Assembly: GCA_043228905.1 (NCBI GenBank) | Contig: JBHGNT010000008.1 | Span: 16,616,001-16,680,000 of the forward strand | DNA: 64,000 nt | Reading direction: 5' to 3' | Source: Azolla caroliniana | Taxonomy: Eukaryota; Plantae; Polypodiophyta | Part shown: piece after piece, positions 52,701-61,100 of the stretch | Position numbering within the stretch: the stretch's first letter is position 1 | Layout of the letters: each line of letters starts with the position of its first letter | Notes under the pieces: generated by a model | What the model was told of the DNA's origin: nothing | The model's input: the letters and a program-made list of their open reading frames with translations, nothing else | Databases searched by the model: none | Made by a program: the position numbers and the translations under genes

Positions 52701-54793
52701 CCTCTCGGCCAGCCCGTTCAGTTCCGGCGTCTTCGGCACGGTAAACTCGAGCCGGATTCCCATCGAACGGCAATACTCCTCAAATTGCCCTCGGTATTCT
52801 CCTCCGTTATCCGCTCGTATCGCTTTCAGCTTCTTGCCAGATTCCCTTTCCACTCTCGCGTGGAGTTCTTTGAAGACGCACAACACTTGGTCCTTTGTCT
52901 TCAACGGTGCCGTCCACAGCTTCCGGCTGTGGTCATCTATAAATGTTACGAAGTACTGGGCTCCGCCATGTGACTTCGTTTCTACCTGACACACGTCAGT
53001 GTGCACCAACTCCAATGGTGCGCTACGTCTCGTCGGTGGCCTTGAGTGGAAGGAGGTCCGGTTTTGCTTACTGGCCAGACAGTCGGTACACTTCCCCAAG
53101 TGTACGTGCTTTACCGGTATCAGGTTGTCTTCGGCAAGCCTCTTCATCCCCTTCTCGCTCATGTGGCACAGTCTCTTGTGCCACAGCTCACCGGCAGTGT
53201 CGGCTGCCACGTTCAACTTTTCCGGACACAACCGGGCATTCATAAGGTACAGTGTGTTGATCTTCCGGGCCCGAGCTACTATCAGGCTCCCTTTGCTGAA
53301 CTTCATGACACCGTTCCGGATGCTACCCGTGTAGCCTTCATCGTCTAGCCTCCCGGCCGAAATCAGGTTCAATCGAACCTCCGGAACGTGTCGTACATCT
53401 TTCAACAGCATCTTGCATCCGGTCGAGGTTGTCAACCACACGTCTCCTATGCCGGCAATCCGGCACGTACCTTCGTTTCCCATCCGGACATAGCCAAGCT
53501 CACCGGCTGTGTAGGATGAGAAGTATCTTCTCTCCGGGGTCAGGTGGAACGATGCTCCGGAATCGACCACCCAGGTCGTCTCACCGCCGGCAATGTTTAG
53601 TTCACCTTCTTCGGTGATGAGCATGATTTCTTCCTCACTTGCCGCGAGTGCCGTCGTTCCTTTCCGGTCCTGCCCTCGCCGATCCGGACCTCTCCGGCCC
53701 GTGGCTCCCTGGTATGCACCGTTTCTCTCCGGTGACTTCTTCGAATCGGTGTCGTCGGCTCCGTTGTCCTTTCGGTAATGCCGACAATTCTTCCGGAAGT
53801 GCCCCGGCTTCCCACAGTGGAAGCATGTGGGTCTTCCTCTTGACTGCGACCGGGTCCCCGACTTCTCCCGTCTTTGCGGACTCCGGTTCCATTGTCTTCC
53901 CCGTTCCGATTCGGTAAGCAGCGCCTTCGAGTCGGAGGCCGGTTCTTTATCTCTCCGACGCGCTTCTTCATTCAAAATACTTGTCTTTACCGTTTGTAGG
54001 GACAAGTTATCTTCCGTGCAGGAGGTGCTGAGAGTCACCACCAAGTTCTCCCAGCTTTCCGGCAATGTACACATCAAGATGATGGCTTGCATTGCATCCT
54101 CCAACGGGAACTTGATCGCCGCAAGCTGGTTCACGAATCCCATGAACGTGCTTACGTGTTCCACCATACTCTCGCCGTCCCGGTACTTGAGGTTCACTAT
54201 CTTCCTCATCAGGGAGGTCCGGTTCAACGCATTCTTCCTCTCGTAGAGGCCCGACAGCTTCCGCCACATCTCGTATGCGTTGGTGTCGTTCGCCACATGC
54301 TGTAGAACGCTCACGTCGACGTATTGCCGAATGGTTGCAACGGCTTTCCGGTTCAGAAGCCTCCATTCCGACTCAAGTACCCCCTTCGGTATTTCCGACC
54401 TGTCAATCGGTTCGTACAGGTCCCGAACAATCAGAAGATCCTCCATCTTGATCTTCCAGTCGGCGTAGTTCTGCGCATTCAGCACCATCATCCCCGGCTG
54501 CCCGCTGCTGCCGCCTTCCATTTTCTGCACTGCCGTCGCTTTGATACCACTTTGTTGCGAATCAACGCTCCGATTCGCCTTCACCGCTCGGCCACAACCG
54601 AGAAATCGCGAATCAATGCAGCAGAAAATAGGAAACACAGAGAAAGACACGATAACACAGGAATTAACGTGGAAAACCCTATACGGGAAAAACCACGGGA
54701 GTCCTCAAACTCCAACTATCACTATGAACAGAGATGTACAATGGTGAAGCTTCAAGGCAACAACCTTGAGCTCACTGTCTTCGCCACAGGCGG
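49752..54793 (-). mobile_element. Near-intact Ty1/Copia element (3' LTR 49752-50437; 5' LTR from 54553, interrupted at 54793)
   Basis: PBS-iMet ~54538-54549, PPT 50438-50448, 28-bp repeats in the LTR. The shared LTR portion appears identical. Confidence 0.95.
50448..54521 (-). CDS. Copia gag-pol polyprotein with one premature stop at 50691-50693
   Basis: MEGGSSG...; CFHCGKPGHFRKNC, VVDSGAS, integrase, LYVDDML. After the TGA the frame continues LYCDSQSAIHLAKN...HPMPK*. Confidence 0.9.
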
Positions 54794-55294
54794 TGTTAAT
54801 CGGCTAATTACTAACTATTACCGATACAGAAGAGTGAACATCGCTACTCAACGTTCTAACAAGGAATTGTGTTTTACGAACGGAATTATGCTATATTAAT
54901 CGGTAATTACCGTGATCGTTACTTAGTTATAAATTAGGAAGCTTGCACTTAAGATCATAGACAACAGAGAAACACAGAATCCGTACAAGATATTCCTAAC
55001 TTAAACTTATATTACTAAATAAAACGACCTTTCTTACAATGCCTTTGGTTCCCTTTTATAGGTATACCGAAGGTCTTTTCTCATCAAGAACTATTCCTAC
55101 TCCCTAACAAGATTTACAAAATTATCTAACTAACTTAGTTCCCTTCGTTTTACTGCTGAGTCATTGATCCGAACAGTCGATCCGAACCGACTCTGTTTTC
55201 GACGCTTTCCCACCTGTTCGGTAAAACTGACTGTCCGGGTCCGGGTAACACTTGGCACGACCGTGGGCCAGGACCTTGTCCGGCGAACCCACGC

Positions 55295-57943
55295 CTATTC
55301 CTGTAGCTCTTCATCCGAATCGTTTAGAATATCAAAAATCGAAGGCTCATCTGGCCTTGGATGTATTCCACCTATATCTTCCTCTTCATCTTCGTCTGTG
55401 TCACAGTCCTCCTTCGGAGCAGGTTGTGATTCGGTTGGCTGCTCTGGTTCACTTCTTCCGGAAACTTGAATACCAGGAGTCTTGCTGGTTCTTTCGGCTT
55501 CGATTTTATCCAACTGGACGGAAGTGCCTATATCATTTTTGTCGAATTCTTGCATAATACGTTGAATTTCTTCTCTGTAAAATGCCGCAATTTCATCCAT
55601 ATCTTTCATGATATCCTCTTGGATATTGTCAATATCCTTTTGTGCCATTTTAAAAAAACCTGCACCTTGTACCTGACGGTTATTTTTGTCGGCACGCAAT
55701 ATCTGTAATTCCGCCGCTTGTGCTGTCCATAACTTCCATCCTTGCGCAAGGGATTCATCGATCAGTTTCTTTGCTAGGTTTCGATGTTTACCTATGATGT
55801 GCTGCACTTTGTCCCTAGTGATGCTTGCGACGTATTGGGCGGTTTGCAACTCTTTCTGTAAATCCGTAATAGTGGTTCGGTTTTCACTTTCAGCTCGCAT
55901 TAATTTGGATTCGACTACATATATATCCAGCCGTCTTTGTTCCGCTATCTTCCGAATTTCGTCCAGTTGTTGTTCGAATGCCGATTTCTCTCTACTCCAT
56001 TCCTCCTGCTGTTCCGTCATTCTTCTGTTGACTTCTTCAAGACTCTGCTGTTTTTCTGTCAATTGACTTTCCTGTGACACTATATACCTTTCGAATTCTT
56101 CAATTTGTTCGGTATATGTATGATTGGCCGTCTTAGCTTCTTCTAGATTTTTCTGTAATTCGTTTATTACTTGATTTTTTTCTTCGAGAGCTTTGTATTG
56201 ACCATTCTGAATGGTTTCTATTTGTTTCTCTAATTCTGTAGTTCTAAATACTGCATTGTTGGCCCTTGTTGTTTCTGCTTGTCGTGCTTTCTCAGCATCC
56301 TCTAATTTCTGTTGCCATTCTGACTCTGACACCATAAGCCGTGCCTGTGTTTCCCATTTGTTTAGACTTTCCTTTAGTTCTTTATTTTCCGCTTGTATGT
56401 TACGAAACTGATGCTTCAGCACCTCCGCCGATGCTGATACACTTTTGTATCTTTCAGCCATATCACTGGCTGCTTTGCGTGCCGTTTCATATTCTTTATG
56501 AATTTCGACCAGTGCTTCATGTAATGGTGGCATTTCAATAGCCTCCCCTCTATGCTGTGCACTTCTTTTCCGGCCTATTTTCTCTATCTCTGCTTTTTCT
56601 TGAGGTTCCAACACTCCTCGTAAGGCTTTCTGTATCATTATTCGGTCATTATGTTCTTGAGCCAGCCGTTCTGATACTTCTGTCAGTCTTTTAGCCAACC
56701 ATTCAACCAGTTCGTATGAAGTTCCGAACTGCAAAATGGCAGCTAATTCATGTGCTGCTGGTGGGATATCCAAGTATCCATGTGCTTCCCGAATGGCTAC
56801 TTTTGAAGATTGTCCTTGGTGAGGTTGTGTCGAAATGCTCTCATCCCCTGGTTTTAGTACTTCTGTTACCACAGGCGTATTCGACTTTTCATTTGTGCGT
56901 TGCCTTTTCGGTGCTGATCCCTCACTGTTTTCTGGTTGGAATTGCCGATTAGCCTTTTGTTTAATCCTTGTTCGTTGTGTCCTCTTCTCTGCTTGTTGTC
57001 GATTTTCTGTCAGCTGTTGCTTGTTTCTCAAATTGTCAACTGTTTCTGGTTGTCTGTTTTCGGAATTCTCTGGTCTAGGTGGTTCCGACTGAGACATATT
57101 TGTTTGTATATTATCGGCATGTGCCGATTCTTCTTCTATCCATTCTTCATGTACTAGCTGTCGGTGTCTTCGTGGTGCTTGTATTATCGGTGGTCTTCTT
57201 GACTGGACAGGAGTTTCCGATTCTTGAATCGGAAACAATACTGATAACCAACGACCAAAAATTTGCTTCATCGGTTTTCCTGTTTTTACCCCTTGTAGCT
57301 GCTCTCTCAGAGCTTCCCCCGACAATAGTGGCCAGTTGAAATCCTCTTTTTCATATGCGGCTATAATAAACCCAGCCCTTTTTTTCGGCATACAATAAAA
57401 ACGAGGACTGACAAATCCCACCTCTAGTAAAAACCTCGCCACTTCATGAAAAAACTCATCCCGACCTCCATAAGTCTGATATGCTTTTGCCGAGGGTGAG
57501 TATTCCCCGAAATACGATTGGAGTGCTTCTGATGAAGGTTTTTTAACTGCCTCAAAACCTCCTCTTGGCATCTGTAATGCATTTCGTATTTTCTTTGTGG
57601 TGATTTTGGTGATGTCTATTTGTTGTACCAATTCTTCCGCCTGCGGATGAGGTTCCGCTTCTGCTACTTTGATGAAACCTTGTAAGTTTCTCTCATGAAG
57701 CCACAATCGCAGTTCTTCAGATACAGGAATCGGCATGACTTCTGTGTTTCCTTGTTCTGAATCACTTGTCGATGATAGTTGCAGATCTGCACAGTTTCTG
57801 TAGCGATGAAAATCAAAAAAACAGAGTTTGGGCGAACTAGGGCACGAAGGAGGCTCAGACTGTTTCGATATCTGCACTCGTTTCTGTTGTTTTGGCGATA
57901 CAGACGATACAGAAATATGCTTTAAAGATATTAATTTATGCAT
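55295..57943 (-). CDS. Extra ORF of the Gypsy element: unknown N-terminal domain, disordered linker, long coiled coil and acidic tail
   Basis: 882-aa open ORF between pol and the 3' LTR with an E/K/Q-rich C-terminal half. No obvious signal peptide or TM helix. Alternative ATG at 57736. Confidence 0.85.
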   Translation of the reverse strand: MHKLISLKHISVSSVSPKQQKRVQISKQSEPPSCPSSPKLCFFDFHRYRNCADLQLSSTSDSEQGNTEVMPIPVSEELRLWLHERNLQGFIKVAEAEPHPQAEELVQQIDITKITTKKIRNALQMPRGGFEAVKKPSSEALQSYFGEYSPSAKAYQTYGGRDEFFHEVARFLLEVGFVSPRFYCMPKKRAGFIIAAYEKEDFNWPLLSGEALREQLQGVKTGKPMKQIFGRWLSVLFPIQESETPVQSRRPPIIQAPRRHRQLVHEEWIEEESAHADNIQTNMSQSEPPRPENSENRQPETVDNLRNKQQLTENRQQAEKRTQRTRIKQKANRQFQPENSEGSAPKRQRTNEKSNTPVVTEVLKPGDESISTQPHQGQSSKVAIREAHGYLDIPPAAHELAAILQFGTSYELVEWLAKRLTEVSERLAQEHNDRIMIQKALRGVLEPQEKAEIEKIGRKRSAQHRGEAIEMPPLHEALVEIHKEYETARKAASDMAERYKSVSASAEVLKHQFRNIQAENKELKESLNKWETQARLMVSESEWQQKLEDAEKARQAETTRANNAVFRTTELEKQIETIQNGQYKALEEKNQVINELQKNLEEAKTANHTYTEQIEEFERYIVSQESQLTEKQQSLEEVNRRMTEQQEEWSREKSAFEQQLDEIRKIAEQRRLDIYVVESKLMRAESENRTTITDLQKELQTAQYVASITRDKVQHIIGKHRNLAKKLIDESLAQGWKLWTAQAAELQILRADKNNRQVQGAGFFKMAQKDIDNIQEDIMKDMDEIAAFYREEIQRIMQEFDKNDIGTSVQLDKIEAERTSKTPGIQVSGRSEPEQPTESQPAPKEDCDTDEDEEEDIGGIHPRPDEPSIFDILNDSDEELQE

Positions 57944-58143
57944 GATGACTTAAAGAATAGTAATTGCTATTAATGTAGGAATTAATTAGTATTCACTCTA
58001 CGTGTAGTGGTTGTACTTGTTACTAATAATCATGCAATTCCTCTTTCTATTTATAGTCGATTCATACTGTTATGGCAAGATTGTATTTCTGCATTTGACA
58101 AGAACTATTGAGCGAGTTAGTTAGTTTTTTTTTTTTTTTTTTT

Positions 58144-61100
58144 TTACTCTTCCGTTTGAATAAACGGATTTACCGGCATATCTCCCAAATACGGTTTAAG
58201 CCGAAATCCATTTACCCATTTTGGTAAAACCTCTCCGGTTAATGATCCCAGTTGGTACGTACCATTTTTACTATTAATTATCCATACTGGACCTGTCCAT
58301 CTATACCGGAGTTTCCCAGGCATAAGTCCCATTCTCGTCTGGAATACCAATACCGGTTTCCCAATTTCGAATTGCTCTTCCGATTTCCTTCGATGTCGAT
58401 TTACGAATGCCTTGATTTGTCTCTGCTTGTGTTCTAGTGCTGACATTGATTGAATCCGTTCTTCTTCTAATACTAATAAAGCCTCTTTGCGTATCTGCTC
58501 CGATTCTATTTCATTTAACTTATTCGTTGCTTGAATACGAAGTGTCGGAATTTGAAATTCGATTGGCATAACGGCTTCGAGTCCGAATGCCATTCGGAAA
58601 GGTGTTGATTTAATGGATGTTTTGTACGAAGTACGATATGCCCATAATGCACTATTTAACTTTTGATCCCAATCAGTACGATTTTCATTCACTATCTTCT
58701 TTAAAATTGTTTGAATTGTTTTATTTGTCGATTCTGCCAATCCATTAGCTTGGGGATAGTAAGGCGTACTTTTCTTATGAACTACGGCATAGTAATTGGT
58801 TAATTCGTTAATTAACTTGTTAATAAAATGAGTGCCTTGATCGCTTACCAATTCTATTGGGCAACCGAATCGACACCATATATACTCATACAGGAATTTT
58901 GCTGTGGATGCTGCCGTATTGTCCCTGAGAGCTTTTGCTTCAACCCATTTTGTGCAATAGTCAGTCGCAATTATGATATATCGATTACCGGTTCTTGCAG
59001 CTGCTGGTTTGAATGGGCCAACAAAATCTAAGCCCCATTTCTGAAATGGCTCAAGAGGTAAAACCGGTTGAAAAGGCATTCGATCCTTTTCGGTTGGTTG
59101 CCCCATTCTTTGACACAAATCGCATTTCTTACAGTATTCGTTAGCATCTTTCATCACCGTAGGCCACCATAACCCGCTATTCCATATTTTTCTGGCTGTT
59201 GCTTCTCCTGCGTAATGACCGCCAGCAATTCCACAATGTGACTCTGTTAATATGGCTGATTTTTCAAATTTTCGTACTGCCCTTCGCCATATTCCATCCG
59301 CTCCTTTATGATACAACATGTCATTAAATAAACAAAAATTCCGACTTCGTACTGCAATTCTTTTTCTTTCATCTGTCGACATGTGTTCGGCCGGAATTCC
59401 TGTTGATAGAAATATCGTCATTTCGGAAATCCATTCGTCCTCTTTTTCCTCATTCACTTCATGTGCTTTTACTGCCTCCACCCGAAATAACTGAGTATCT
59501 GGAAAATCATCTTTAACCCCAACCGCTTCTTCTCCAGACTCAAGCCGACTGAGATAGTCAGCAATCGCGTGCTGTGCTCCTGGTCGATGTATAATGTCAA
59601 ATTCAAACTCTTGAAGCAATAACGTCCATCGGGCTAACTTGCCTGTCAATTCTTGTTTGGAAACTAGATACAGTAAAGCCGAATGATCCACATGAAATGT
59701 AAATTTCTTACCCAAAAGGTAATGTCGAAATTTGTTCACACTATATATCATTCCCAAAGCTTCTCTTTCGGTTGTTGAATAGTTTCTTTCGGCCGACGAA
59801 AGTTTCCTACTGGCATAGTATACCGGCCTATACCAGTTTGGTTCGGATAATTGCATTAAAGCACTGCCTATGGCAATGTCCGACGCATCGACGAAAACAT
59901 GAAATGGTTTGTTCCAGTCCGGTGGTTGAACTACCGGAACCTTCGTCAGCATCTTCTTGAGACATTCGTACGCATCTTGTTCTATACTTGTCCATATAAA
60001 AGGAACTTTGTGTACTGCTGTGTGTAACGGAATAGCAATGTCTGCTAGATATCTCATCATTCTACTGTGCCACCGAATTTGACCCAAAAATCTACTTAGA
60101 GCTTTAGCATTTGTTGGTGGTGTTGCCTCAATGATTGCTTTAACTGTATCTGGGTCCACTGCAATCCCTTCTTGACTGACAATATGCCCAAGTAATGTAC
60201 CACTCATTACTCCGAATGCGCATTTGGCTGGATTTAAACTCAGACGCCCTTTTCGACATTTTTCTAAACATAGCCGTAAATGCTCAAAATGATCAGCTTT
60301 CCGACTATATACTGCAAAATCATCTAAAAACACCTGCATGAAAGCTGGAATATATTCCCCGAATATTTCCTGTATTACCCGCTGAAATGTAGCTGGAGCT
60401 GTTTTTAAACCGAACATCATGACTACTGCCACAAAGACACCCCATTCTGTGACGAAAGCTGTCTTTTCCTGATCTTCCGGATTCATCCGTACTTGATTGT
60501 ACCCACTGAACCCATCCAAGAAACTATAAATTTCATGTCCCGCTACTGCATCTAATATCCCATCTGTGAATGGCAACGGAAACGCATCCGTAATTGTCGC
60601 TGCATTCAATTTTCTGTAATCCACACATACACGAATTTTCCCATTCTTTTTCGGGACTACTACTATCGGACTCAGCCATGTTGATTTTTTGACGGGTCGA
60701 ATAAATCCTACTTTTAAGAGTTTATCGATTTCTTCTTTTACTTTGATAGCATAATTCGGATTCAACCTGTACCTGCGTTGTTGTACTGGCTTTGCATCTT
60801 TATGCAAATTGATTTGATGTTGACAAAAAGCGGGATCCAGACCTTTCATATCGTCAAAGGACCATGCAAAAACATCTTTATATTGTAATAGTAATGTTGT
60901 TAATGTCCGTTTGTCATTTACCGTCAAATCTCTAGCAATCAAGATTGTTTTTCTTTCAGCATCCTCTACTCCTGCCAAATCAATCTCCTCCAATGCTGCG
61001 GCTTGCACTCTCTGAGATACCTGCAATTCCTTATCTGTAGCTTCTTGTTGCATTCGTATTTCTTTTATTGTTTGCTCATCGATTGGCACTTCTTCGTGTG

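Noticed and set aside
50725-54468. Many antisense and alternative-frame ORFs over the Copia and Gypsy pol regions
   Set aside because: Expected shadow ORFs of GC-rich coding sequence.
55295-57943. Retroviral env gene
   Set aside because: No signal peptide or transmembrane segment is apparent.
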